A stretch of 44,171 nucleotides of DNA from an uncultured Anaerolineaceae bacterium (GCA_964591745.1 CAZQCR010000001.1:1-44171), one strand, 5' to 3'; counted from the first letter of the stretch, positions 34,605 through 43,333 are shown. The notes: a model not told the origin generated them from the letters alone. Numbers and translations are program-made.

Positions 34605-34734
34605 CCGCCGATTCTATCGCCGGATCCGCCGTTCTGGGCAGACGTTCGTCCAGACTCGGCGAGCCCGTTACGCTACCGGCCAAAACCGTGCCGCCTGGCG
34701 CTATGCGCCCGGCTGGCCAACACACAGGTGACCG

Positions 34735-35727
34735 ATGTCCTTCCGCGCCTTCCTGCTTAACAAGACCGGTGACGAGTTCTCCGCCGCAGTGTCCACCCTC
34801 GCCGATTCAGACCTCCCACCCGGCGAGGTGACTGTGAAGGTCGAGTGGTCCGGGGTCAACTATAAGGATGGCCTCGCCTGCCAGCCCAAGAGCGCCGTGG
34901 TCCGCACCTATCCGATGGTGCCGGGAATCGACCTTGCCGGTGTCGTCCTCGAATCCGCTGATGCCCGCTTCACCGTCGGGCAGCGCGTCGTCGTCATCGG
35001 CTACGAGGTTGGTGTCAGCCATTTTGGCGGATACGCCGAACTCTGGCGCGGCCCGGCCAAATGGGTCTCCGCCCTTCCCGATGGCCTCTCGACGAAGGAG
35101 GCTGCCGCGCTCGGCACGGCGGGCTTCACGGCCGCGATGTCCGTCGTCGCCATCCAGGAGCACGGCGTCACCCCGGCCAGCGGCGCCGTGATTGTCACGG
35201 GCGCCACCGGGGGTGTCGGCAGCACGGCCGTCAGCATGCTGGCGGGGCTTGGGTACACCGTCGCCGCCAGCACCGGCAAGGCCTCGGAACACGCCTTCCT
35301 CCAGGGCCTGGGCGTCAGCGAAATCCTCACCCGTGAGGAGGTGAGTGCCGAAAACGCCCGCCCGATGGAATCCGAGCGCTGGGCCGCGGCCGTTGATCCT
35401 GTCGGCGGAGCCACCACGGCCTACCTCCTCCGCACCACGCGATACGCCGGCTGCGTCACCGTTTCCGGGTTGACCGGCGGGACGGCGATCACCACGACGG
35501 TTCTCCCGTTTATCCTTCGCGGCGTCAACCTTCTCGGCATCGAATCGGTGAACTACCCGATCGAGAAGCGGGCGCCACTCTGGCAGCGAATGGCCGGAGA
35601 CCTCAAGCCGAGGGGGCTGTTGGAGTCGATTGCCGTCGAAACGGGCCTCGAAGGCATTCCCGATGCGGTCGCCAGGATCCTGGCCGGGCAGATCCGGGGG
35701 CGGGTGCTGATTCGCGTTTCTGGCTGA
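34735..35727 (+). CDS. YhdH/AcuI-type medium-chain dehydrogenase/reductase (acrylyl-CoA reductase-like oxidoreductase)
   Basis: VKVEWSGVNYKDGLA, GGYAE, VTGATGGVGSTAV and C-terminal GRVLIRV. Confidence 0.88.
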   Translation: MSFRAFLLNKTGDEFSAAVSTLADSDLPPGEVTVKVEWSGVNYKDGLACQPKSAVVRTYPMVPGIDLAGVVLESADARFTVGQRVVVIGYEVGVSHFGGYAELWRGPAKWVSALPDGLSTKEAAALGTAGFTAAMSVVAIQEHGVTPASGAVIVTGATGGVGSTAVSMLAGLGYTVAASTGKASEHAFLQGLGVSEILTREEVSAENARPMESERWAAAVDPVGGATTAYLLRTTRYAGCVTVSGLTGGTAITTTVLPFILRGVNLLGIESVNYPIEKRAPLWQRMAGDLKPRGLLESIAVETGLEGIPDAVARILAGQIRGRVLIRVSG

Positions 35728-35839
35728 GATCGCGGTAGGTGGTGTCCCCAATTCGTCGATTCGTGCCCCCTATCCCCCAATGGACACGTTTGATCCACCG
35801 GTTCGTCCCCTGAGTGCACCCTTTCGATGGCTTATCCCC

Positions 35840-35848
35840 TTCGATAAC
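35840..35848 (+). promoter_or_regulatory. possible sigma-28 (FliA/SigD)-type -10 element upstream of flagellin 1
   Basis: TTCGATAAC compared with the GCCGATAA consensus, about 87 nt before the ATG. No convincing TAAA -35 element. Confidence 0.3.
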
Positions 35849-35934
35849 CATTCTGAGAAACCCGCCGGAAATCAGAACTAATCGGTGGGAGGGCTCGTAA
35901 AGGGCTCACGGGAAAAGGAAGAGGGGACGCAACC

Positions 35935-37119
35935 ATGTCTTCGATCGTCACCAACGTTGCTGCCATCAATGCGCAGCGCAACCTGAACGTCAACGGCATC
36001 AAGATGGGCAAGGTCCTGGAGAAGCTCTCCAGCGGCTTCCGCATCAACCGCGCCGCCGACGACGCCGCCGGCCTGGGCATTAGCGAAAAGATGCGCGCCC
36101 AGATCCGCGGTAACGGCCAGGCCGTCCGCAACGCCCAGGACGGCATCTCGATGCTGCAGACCGCTGAAGGCGCGCTGGACGAAGTCCACGGCATCCTCCA
36201 GCGTATGCGCGAACTGACGGTCCAGGCCGCCAACGGCACCTACGCCGAGAACGGCGCTGAGCGCACCTCCATCGGCCAGGAAGTTCAGCAGCTGAAGAAC
36301 GAAATCGACCGCATCGCGACCTCGACCAAGTTCAACGGCCAGAACCTCCTCACGGGCACACTCAGCGGCGCCCTCGACTCCGGATCTGAGTACGAAGTCG
36401 GCGTCCAGCTGAACACCACCGGCGGCGCCGCCGCCGTCACCCAGGTGAACGTGAGCAACGCCAAGGCGCAGCTCTACACCTTCAGCGGCGCGGGTACCAC
36501 GCTCACGCTCACCGGCGCCGATGGTAGCGCGCAGTCGATCACGGCTGGCGCCATCGCCGCCAACAGCACGGGCTCGCTCAACTTCTCCAACCTTGGCGTC
36601 AGCATCACGCTCGCCGCCACCTCCGCCGGCAAGACGGCCGCTGGTATCGTGACCGACACCATCGCCGGCGCCAACGACACGTTCACCGTGACCGGCACGG
36701 CTTCCGCCTCCCTCCAGGTCGGCGCCAACAACGGCGACAGCCTGAACATCAGCTTCACCAACATGCAGACGACGCAGCTCGGTTCGGCCTCGAACCTGAA
36801 CACGATCATCACGAACGATCAGAACGTCAGCACGATCGCCCTCGCACAGACGATGCTGACCGAACTCGACGGCGCCATCGGCGACGTGAACGCCCAGCGC
36901 GGCACCTTCGGTGCTTCCCAGAACCGCCTTGAATCCGTCGTCCGCAGCCTCGGTGTCGCGGTCGAAAACCTGAGTGCCGCTGAAAGCCGGATCCGCGATG
37001 CGGACGTGGCCGAACTCTCCAGCATGATGGTCAGCAACCAGATCCTGCAGCAGGCCGGCATCTCCGTCCTTTCGCAGGCGAACCAGGCTCCCCAGGCGGC
37101 CCTCAGCCTCCTCCGGTAG
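35935..37119 (+). CDS. fliC: flagellin (paralogue 1)
   Basis: 394 aa. N-terminal NAQRNL..LSSGFRINRAADDAAGL..IRGNGQAVRNAQDGISMLQTAEGAL; C-terminal ..RIRDADVAELSSMMVSNQILQQAGISVLSQANQAPQAALSLLR. Confidence 0.96.
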   Translation: MSSIVTNVAAINAQRNLNVNGIKMGKVLEKLSSGFRINRAADDAAGLGISEKMRAQIRGNGQAVRNAQDGISMLQTAEGALDEVHGILQRMRELTVQAANGTYAENGAERTSIGQEVQQLKNEIDRIATSTKFNGQNLLTGTLSGALDSGSEYEVGVQLNTTGGAAAVTQVNVSNAKAQLYTFSGAGTTLTLTGADGSAQSITAGAIAANSTGSLNFSNLGVSITLAATSAGKTAAGIVTDTIAGANDTFTVTGTASASLQVGANNGDSLNISFTNMQTTQLGSASNLNTIITNDQNVSTIALAQTMLTELDGAIGDVNAQRGTFGASQNRLESVVRSLGVAVENLSAAESRIRDADVAELSSMMVSNQILQQAGISVLSQANQAPQAALSLLR

Positions 37120-37141
37120 TCCCCTCCGAGTTCACCATCCG

Positions 37142-37180
37142 AAAGGGCGGGCTTCACATCCGTGGGGCCCGCCCTTTTTT
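37142..37180 (+). terminator. intrinsic terminator after flagellin 1
   Basis: AAAGGGCGGGC-ttcacatccgtggg-GCCCGCCCTTTTTT, 23 nt after the stop. Confidence 0.8.
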
Positions 37181-37256
37181 CGCGCCCCGCGCCTTACGGG
37201 GACTCCCTTATTTCTTTGCGAATTCCTGTTGCCGGGGTTCGGCCGCCCCGAAACAA

Positions 37257-37265
37257 CCCGATAAC
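37257..37265 (+). promoter_or_regulatory. possible sigma-28-type -10 element upstream of flagellin 2
   Basis: CCCGATAAC compared with GCCGATAA, about 96 nt before the ATG and downstream of the flagellin-1 terminator. Confidence 0.35.
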
Positions 37266-37360
37266 TGCTGTGTACCCGTTGTCCACCTAATTCCCCCTCA
37301 GGTGGCCGATGCAGGGCGTGCAGTGATGCTCCCCCGTCGAAGGGTCGAAGGATACGCAGC

Positions 37361-38551
37361 ATGGGAATCCAAATCGCCACCAACGTCGCTGCCATCAACG
37401 CCCAGCGGAACCTGAGCGTCACTGGCATCAAGATGGGCAAGGTCCTGGAAAAGCTCTCCAGCGGCTTCCGTATCAACCGTGCCGCCGATGACGCGGCCGG
37501 CCTCGGAATTAGCGAGAAGATGCGGGCCCAGATCCGCGGCAGCTCGCAGGCCGTGCGCAACGCCCAGGACGGTATCTCGATGCTCCAGACGGCTGAAGGC
37601 GCGATGGACGAAGTCCACAGTATTCTCCAGCGCATGCGCGAACTGTCCGTCCAGGCCGCCAACGGCACCTACGCCGAAAACGGCGCTGAGCGTACCTCCA
37701 TCGGGCAGGAAATCCTCCAGCTCAAGAACGAAATCGACCGGATTGCGACATCGACCAAGTTCAACGGCCAGAACCTCCTGACGGGCACGCTCAGTGGCTC
37801 GCTCGATGCCGCCTCCGAATTCGAAGTCGGCGTTCAGTTGAACACCACCGGCGGCGCTGCTGCGGTCACCGCCATGGACGTCGCTGGCGCCAAGGCCCAG
37901 CTCTACACCTTCAGCGGCGCCGGCACGAGCCTTACCCTGACCGGGGCTGATGGCAGCGCCCAGACGATCACCGTGCTCGCCGTCGCCGCCAACAGCATCG
38001 GCGCCCTGAACTTCTCGAACCTCGGCGTCAGCATCTCGCTCGCGGCCACCGCCGCCGGCAAGACCGCCGCCGGTCTCGTGACGGACGCCATCGCCGCCGC
38101 CAACGACACCTTCACGGTGACGGGCACCGGCTCCGCGCAGCTCCAGGTTGGCGCCAACAACGGCGACAACCTGAGCATTTCATTCGACAACATGCAGACC
38201 GTACAGCTTGGCGCGGCCACCAACCTGAATGCGATCATCACCAACGATCAGAACGTCTCGACCATCGCCCTCGCCCAGACGCTCCTCACGGAACTCGATG
38301 GCGCCATTGGCGATGTCAACAGCCAGCGCGGCGAACTCGGTGCGGTTCAGAACCGTCTCGAGTCTGTCGTCCGCAGCCTCGGCGTCGCCGTCGAGAACCT
38401 GAGCGCGGCTGAAAGCCGGATTCGCGACGCCGATGTCGCCGAGCTTTCGAGCATGATGGTCAGCCAGCAGATCCTGCAGCAGGCCGGTATCTCCGTCCTT
38501 TCGCAGGCCAACCAGGCCCCACAGGCGGCGCTCAGTCTCCTCCAGCGGTAA
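37361..38551 (+). CDS. fliC: flagellin (paralogue 2)
   Basis: 396 aa. Termini are nearly identical to paralogue 1, and the central third is diverged. Confidence 0.96.
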   Translation: MGIQIATNVAAINAQRNLSVTGIKMGKVLEKLSSGFRINRAADDAAGLGISEKMRAQIRGSSQAVRNAQDGISMLQTAEGAMDEVHSILQRMRELSVQAANGTYAENGAERTSIGQEILQLKNEIDRIATSTKFNGQNLLTGTLSGSLDAASEFEVGVQLNTTGGAAAVTAMDVAGAKAQLYTFSGAGTSLTLTGADGSAQTITVLAVAANSIGALNFSNLGVSISLAATAAGKTAAGLVTDAIAAANDTFTVTGTGSAQLQVGANNGDNLSISFDNMQTVQLGAATNLNAIITNDQNVSTIALAQTLLTELDGAIGDVNSQRGELGAVQNRLESVVRSLGVAVENLSAAESRIRDADVAELSSMMVSQQILQQAGISVLSQANQAPQAALSLLQR

Positions 38552-38570
38552 GAGCGCCCCGTAAATCCAC

Positions 38571-38605
38571 GAAGAAAGCCCGGCCGATTCGGCCGGGCTT
38601 TCTTC
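38571..38605 (+). terminator. strong stem-loop after flagellin 2
   Basis: GAAGAAAGCCCGGCCG-att-CGGCCGGGCTTTCTTC, a perfect long stem 20 nt after the stop, with a weak U-tract. Confidence 0.65.
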
Positions 38606-38647
38606 ACCTTCCCGTAACGCCATGGCCTCAAGACTACGTGAACTCGC

Positions 38648-38655
38648 GCCGATGA
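38648..38655 (+). promoter_or_regulatory. possible sigma-28-type -10 element upstream of flaG-fliD-fliS
   Basis: GCCGATGA (7/8 to GCCGATAA) with TCAA 16 nt upstream, 31 nt before the flaG ATG. Confidence 0.35.
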
Positions 38656-38685
38656 TTACGTAGGTCTCCGAAGGGTAGGCATGAG

Positions 38686-39006
38686 ATGGGCGACCTTATG
38701 GTGAACAGAATCGGTTCGGCGCGCGTCGCCGTCGATAACGCCGCCTGGCACGGCCAGCGCCAGGGCGAACAGCGGTCGCGCAAGCGCCGCCCGCAACCCA
38801 CAACGCTCGCCCGCCACATTCTTGCAGCCTTCTTTCCGGGCCGGGACTCCGAGGAGTTTGAGATCGCCTACGAAACCGCCGGCAACGAGTTCCTCGGGCT
38901 CGTCATTCGCGACGCCCGGACGGGCGATATCCTTCGCACCCTTTCGCCGGACGAGCTCGCCCTGCGCGAGCCCGGCGCCGGCTCCATCTTCGAGCGGAGG
39001 GGATAG
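38686..39006 (+). CDS. flaG: flagellar protein FlaG
   Basis: The C-terminal EFEIAYETAGNEFLGLVIRDARTGDILRTLSPDELAL matches the FlaG signature (..V.V.D..TGEVIRQIP.EE.L). Located between flagellin and fliD. Confidence 0.8.
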   Translation: MGDLMVNRIGSARVAVDNAAWHGQRQGEQRSRKRRPQPTTLARHILAAFFPGRDSEEFEIAYETAGNEFLGLVIRDARTGDILRTLSPDELALREPGAGSIFERRG

Positions 39007-39008
39007 CC

Positions 39009-41369
39009 ATGGTCGAACCCATCCGCATCAACGGTTTCTTCTCCACATTCGATACCGAAGCGGTCATCGCCAGGCTCACGGAGGCGCGGAACATCCGCGT
39101 CCAAAAGCTCGATATCCATCGCGCCCGAGCGGACGTCCGTGGCGAATTGATCGGGGACCTCGCCTCCAAGTTCGCCTCACTCCTCGCTCGCGTGAACTCC
39201 TTGACCACCGGCTTCTCCGTCACCGGACGCACGGCCGCCGTCACGGGCAGCGCAATCTCCGCGTCCGCCAGCCCGAGCGCGAGTATCGGGCCGTTCACCG
39301 TCGCCGTTACGAAGCTCGCGACCGGGACGAAGGCCCAGGGCACCGCGATTACCGCCGCGCTCGATTCGGTCTCGCCCATGAACCGGGCGAACTTCGGCAC
39401 GACGCCGACGAACGGCACATTCACCGTCGGTTCGGCCGGCGGCGGTACCGCCACCATCAAGGTCGGCCCGAGTGTCACCAACGCGGCCGCCATGCTCTCC
39501 GCTTCCAACTTCGCGACCCCTGTCACCAGCGGGACATTCACCTTGAGCACGGCCACGGGAGGCTCATCCACGCTCACAGTGGACATCGCCACCCAGTCCC
39601 TGGCCGACGTGGTGACCGCGATCAACGCAAGCGGCATCGGCGTCACCGCTTCAATCACGAACGACGCGAACGGGCGCGCCAACATCCTGTCGCTCACGTC
39701 GGCGCAGGGCGCGATCACCGTCGGCGGTGTCGGCGACACGTCGAACTTCCTCGCCGCTACCAACCTCAACACTTCAACGGGCACCACGACCCGCGTAAGT
39801 TCCGCGGCTATGAGCACCCAGATGAGCCTCGCCGAGGTGGTCACGGAGGTCAACGCCGCCGGTGTCGGCGTTACGGCCTCCATCCAGAACGACGCCAACG
39901 GCAGGGCGAACCTCCTCAGCGTCACCGCCGCCACGAGCGTGGTCCTCGGGAACGCCAGCGACACTTCGAACTTCCTGAGCGCGACGAACGTTCTCGCTTC
40001 GCCTGCCGGAACGACGCGGGCGAGCACCCTGGCCATCGCCCGCATGAACCCCAACGCCAAGATGGTGGATGCGTCGTTCTTCGGCGGCCCTCCCGCCGCT
40101 GGCGCCCACACCTTCACGGTCAACGGCGTCAGCATCGCCTACAACACCGCCAACGATTCGATGGCCGATGTCATTGCCCGGATCAACGGCAGCGCGGCTG
40201 GCGTCAGTGCCCGCTACGACATCGCCTCCGACACGCTCCGGCTCGAACAGTCGAAGACCGGGTCGCTCGCCATCACCCTCGCGGATGACGTCAGCGGTGG
40301 GAACTTCCTTGCGAAGACGGGCCTGTTGGCCGCCACTCAGGCCGTGGGCGCCAACGCCGAGTACTCGATCGCCGGTGGCGCTACGCAGTACTCCTCCTCG
40401 AACACCGTTACCGCCGCTCCCGGCGTTACGGTGACGCTCAACGCCCTTACGGACGTGGGCTCACCGGCGACGGTTACGGTCTCCCAGAACTCCTCCGGCG
40501 CCATTGGCTTCGTGAAGGCGTTCGTCGCGGACTTCAACGCCGCCCTGGGAGCGATTGACGCCGCTACCAAGGCCGATGGTAAGGATCGCTCCAGGGCCGG
40601 TGAACTTAGTGGCGACGCGACGATTCGCCAGATTCGTTCGACGCTCCGCGGAATGATCAGCGGCTCGGGCGTAGGGGTGGATGGCGCCTTCAAGAACCTG
40701 AACGAAGTCGGGATCGGGTTCGGCCGCATCGGCGCCGCACTTGGAACCACAGGGACCCTGCAATTCGATGAGGCCAAGTTCACCGAGGCCCTCGGCCGCG
40801 ACCCCGCGGCCGTCCAGGCGCTCTTCTCGTCCCTCGCGATGACGGCGACCCTGGCCCCTGGTGGAACGAGTTCGATCACCGGGGCGACCGGCACCTACAG
40901 CGGAACGCGCGCCGGCCACTACAAGCTCATCGACGACGGCGTTGGGCATATCACCGCCGAGTTCCGCCCCGCCGACGGTGGCGCCGTCACCTCGACCACC
41001 GCGACCGTAACGGCCAACGGGACCAACACCTCGCTCATCCCGGGGATGACGCTGCAGATCGGCCCGGCCTTCCTCGGTGGAGAGCACACCCTGAACGTGA
41101 CGGCCACACAGGCCAGCCCCCTCCAGCAGCTCAAGCAGGTCCTCGAAAGCCAGGCGGGAGTGGGCGGCGTGCTCTCACGGCGGCAGGCTTCGTACCAGGC
41201 TGTCTCCGCCGACATCCAGAAGCGCCAGGACTCCATCGCCGAGCGGATCGCTCGCGAGATGGAAGGACTCCGCTCGAAGTTCTCCAACATGGAACAGATC
41301 CAGGCCCGCTCTCAACGGCTGCTGGCGACGTTGCAGCAGGCCGCGACGAACGCTTCGGGCAACCGATAG
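39009..41369 (+). CDS. fliD: flagellar filament cap protein FliD (expanded, 786 aa)
   Basis: N-terminal GFFSTFDTEAVIARL..RVQKLD and C-terminal coiled-coil ..RQASYQAVSADIQKRQDSIAERIAREMEGLRSKFSNMEQ. Three internal approximately 55-aa repeats. Starts 2 nt after flaG. Confidence 0.92.
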   Translation: MVEPIRINGFFSTFDTEAVIARLTEARNIRVQKLDIHRARADVRGELIGDLASKFASLLARVNSLTTGFSVTGRTAAVTGSAISASASPSASIGPFTVAVTKLATGTKAQGTAITAALDSVSPMNRANFGTTPTNGTFTVGSAGGGTATIKVGPSVTNAAAMLSASNFATPVTSGTFTLSTATGGSSTLTVDIATQSLADVVTAINASGIGVTASITNDANGRANILSLTSAQGAITVGGVGDTSNFLAATNLNTSTGTTTRVSSAAMSTQMSLAEVVTEVNAAGVGVTASIQNDANGRANLLSVTAATSVVLGNASDTSNFLSATNVLASPAGTTRASTLAIARMNPNAKMVDASFFGGPPAAGAHTFTVNGVSIAYNTANDSMADVIARINGSAAGVSARYDIASDTLRLEQSKTGSLAITLADDVSGGNFLAKTGLLAATQAVGANAEYSIAGGATQYSSSNTVTAAPGVTVTLNALTDVGSPATVTVSQNSSGAIGFVKAFVADFNAALGAIDAATKADGKDRSRAGELSGDATIRQIRSTLRGMISGSGVGVDGAFKNLNEVGIGFGRIGAALGTTGTLQFDEAKFTEALGRDPAAVQALFSSLAMTATLAPGGTSSITGATGTYSGTRAGHYKLIDDGVGHITAEFRPADGGAVTSTTATVTANGTNTSLIPGMTLQIGPAFLGGEHTLNVTATQASPLQQLKQVLESQAGVGGVLSRRQASYQAVSADIQKRQDSIAERIAREMEGLRSKFSNMEQIQARSQRLLATLQQAATNASGNR

Positions 41370-41448
41370 CGCCAAAGCGGGGGATCTCCCCATCGTCTTG
41401 GGCAGCCAATCAACCGACTCTTTAACTAGAACATCGTGGGGTGGGGAT

Positions 41449-41856
41449 ATGACGACACACGGAACGAACGCCTACCGAACGGTTACAGCCATGACGGCCG
41501 ACCCCGTGACGCTCACCACCATGCTCTACGAGGGGGCGGTGAAGGCGCTGAAGAAGGCGCAGATCCTCCACAGTTCCGGCGACCGCGCCAGGACGGCCGT
41601 GGAAGCGGAGAAGGCCTACCTCATCATCGGTGAGCTTCTCGCCACCCTCGACCGGAGCCATGGCGAGATCCCGGAGGGACTTGCCGCGATCTACGCCTAC
41701 TGTCTGCGCTGCATCACCGAGGCCGCCGCCGGCGATGTCTCCCGGCTGGCCGAAGCGGAGAAGCACATCTCCCGTATCGCCCAGGCGTGGAAGACCGCGA
41801 CCACGTCGCTCCGAATGGCCTCGGCCGAGGGTGGCCGCGTCGCCACCGCCGCCTGA
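41449..41856 (+). CDS. fliS: flagellin-specific chaperone FliS
   Basis: The ATG at 41449 (GGGGTGGGGAT upstream) gives ..TNAYRTVTAMTADPVTLTTMLYEGAVKAL..AIYAYCLRCI.., a FliS four-helix pattern. Confidence 0.88.
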   Translation: MTTHGTNAYRTVTAMTADPVTLTTMLYEGAVKALKKAQILHSSGDRARTAVEAEKAYLIIGELLATLDRSHGEIPEGLAAIYAYCLRCITEAAAGDVSRLAEAEKHISRIAQAWKTATTSLRMASAEGGRVATAA

Positions 41857-41857
41857 G

Positions 41858-42139
41858 GTGACTGACCTGGAGACTGCCTTTGGCCTGGCGAACGCGCAGC
41901 TCGCGCGCCTCGTATCGGGCGACATCGAAGGCTTTCTCGCGAGCGAAGACGCCTACACGGCCGCCTGTGAAGCGGCCGCGGCCGTGGCTCCAGACGCCGA
42001 GGCGCTCGCTACCCTGCTCGCCACCGTCGCGGCGATCGGCCGCCATGCCACCGCCATCGGCGATGAGGCGAGCACGGAGATGGCCGCGCTCAGCGGACGC
42101 CGGGCGGCCCTGACCGCGTACACCCGAAGCGCCGCTTAA
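41858..42139 (+). CDS. small Ala-rich hypothetical protein in the FliT position
   Basis: The GTG lies 1 nt after the fliS stop. The 93-aa product is predicted helical and is the C-terminal part of track ORF 41630..42139. No recognisable motif; assignment is by position only. Confidence 0.45.
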   Translation: MTDLETAFGLANAQLARLVSGDIEGFLASEDAYTAACEAAAAVAPDAEALATLLATVAAIGRHATAIGDEASTEMAALSGRRAALTAYTRSAA

Positions 42140-42247
42140 CGGCACCGTTTCTCCTCTCGTCGGTTCGCATTCTGACTGTCAAGAAACGCGCCGCCATGCC
42201 GACCATCATGGTATGCACCCCGGATCGTCGGGGTTGTGGAGGGGGTC

Positions 42248-42871
42248 ATGCCCATGGCCAGGAAGCGACGCTTCTTGCTATCGCCTTCGACGATGATCGC
42301 TGCGGCGCTTGTCGCCGGTGCCGGTCTCCTCGCCTGGTACGGCCTTGCCCCGGACGCCGCCGCTGTGCCCGCCACCCAGGAGACAGTCACCATCGCTCCC
42401 GCCGCCGGAGCAGCCCCGGGAGAGCCCCTCGTCAGCGCCGCACCGACCATGCACGGGTTCCTTCCGACGCGGGTCGTGGTGGCCAGCGCGGGTATCGATA
42501 CCCCTATCGCCGAGGTCGGTGTCGTCATGGAGGGCGGGAAGCCGGTCTGGGAGACAGCCTGGCGCTCCGCCGGCCATCACATCGATTCGGCCCGGCCCGG
42601 CCAGCCAGGCAACATGGTGATCACCGGCCATGTCGCCGTCGCTGATCGCAACAACGCCGCCGTCTTTCGCACCCTCAACATGGTCAAGCCGGGTGATGTC
42701 GTCGAGGTCCAGGCCGGGGAAACAACCTATCGCTACCAGGTGGACCGCGTGGTCATCACTTCACCGTCGGCGCTCAACATCCTCCGCTCCGATCACACGG
42801 CGCGGGTGACGCTCATAACCTGTACGCCAGACCTGAAACAGCGGCTGGTGGTCACCGGGAGGCTCGTATGA
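42248..42871 (+). CDS. sortase-family transpeptidase (class E/F-like)
   Basis: N-terminal TM anchor, PTRVVVASAGIDTPI, catalytic His in NMVITGHV, catalytic Cys in VTLITCTP, Arg near the C-terminus. GGAGGGGG SD. Confidence 0.85.
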   Translation: MPMARKRRFLLSPSTMIAAALVAGAGLLAWYGLAPDAAAVPATQETVTIAPAAGAAPGEPLVSAAPTMHGFLPTRVVVASAGIDTPIAEVGVVMEGGKPVWETAWRSAGHHIDSARPGQPGNMVITGHVAVADRNNAAVFRTLNMVKPGDVVEVQAGETTYRYQVDRVVITSPSALNILRSDHTARVTLITCTPDLKQRLVVTGRLV

Positions 42872-42959
42872 CCCTTTGGAAGTCGGATCGGCCGGGCACC
42901 TGCCCGGGGTTGATGTGGAAGTGGACAGGCGACTATCATCGTCTGTGGGGAAGACTGTG

Positions 42960-43241
42960 ATGACGAACATACGGAAGACCCAGGGCCCCGAACCAGTCGG
43001 CGCCGTGATCTCGGACATTCGAAACGCCCGTTCGCGCGCCAGGGCCGAGCATCAGCCCGCCGCCGATGCCGCCGGGTTCAGCTCGGGCGCCCTCGAGTTG
43101 GCTCGTGCGCGTGAAGCCGTCGATCACGCCCCGGAAGTCCGCACGGAGCGATTGATGGCACTGAAGCGCCAGGTCGAGAACGGAACCTACCGGCCGGACC
43201 CTGTCGCCATCGCCAAGAAGCTTCTCGACACCGGCTTCTAA
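42960..43241 (+). CDS. flgM: anti-sigma-28 factor FlgM
   Basis: The ATG at 42960 (GGGGAAG upstream). C-terminal VRTERLMALKRQVENGTYRPDPVAIAKKLL is the FlgM signature. Confidence 0.85.
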   Translation: MTNIRKTQGPEPVGAVISDIRNARSRARAEHQPAADAAGFSSGALELARAREAVDHAPEVRTERLMALKRQVENGTYRPDPVAIAKKLLDTGF

Positions 43242-43286
43242 GCCCGCGCCGGGACGATCTCGCTCGGCGCCCCCCGCTCGCTCTCC

Positions 43287-43312
43287 GCGCCCTGGCACAA
43301 TCGCCAGGGCGC
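43287..43312. terminator. hairpin between convergent flgM and the SDR gene (possible bidirectional terminator)
   Basis: GCGCCCTGGC-acaatc-GCCAGGGCGC, a perfect 10-bp stem. Confidence 0.6.
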
Positions 43313-43333
43313 GGTTCATTTCCGGGGCACGCC

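Noticed and set aside
35923-35932. GGGGACGCAA in the flagellin-1 leader, which resembles the GGGACGCAAAGCC segment of c-di-GMP-I (GEMM-I) riboswitches
   Set aside because: Only this one short string matches. The CACGCACAGGGCAAACC half and the paired stems are missing. The string lies 3-12 nt before the ATG and is more simply the purine-rich SD region.
36502-36516. LTLTG in both flagellins (also at 37931-37945) as a sortase recognition motif for the neighbouring sortase
   Set aside because: Position 2 is Thr rather than Pro or Ala. The motif is mid-protein with no following hydrophobic segment or positive tail, and flagellin is exported through the flagellar type III channel. It is most likely coincidental.
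38822-40288. 488-aa plus-strand and 410-aa minus-strand (38903..40135) ORFs overlapping flaG/fliD
   Set aside because: These are alternative frames of the clearly recognisable fliD gene, with His/Arg/Gly-rich low-complexity products and no independent start signals.
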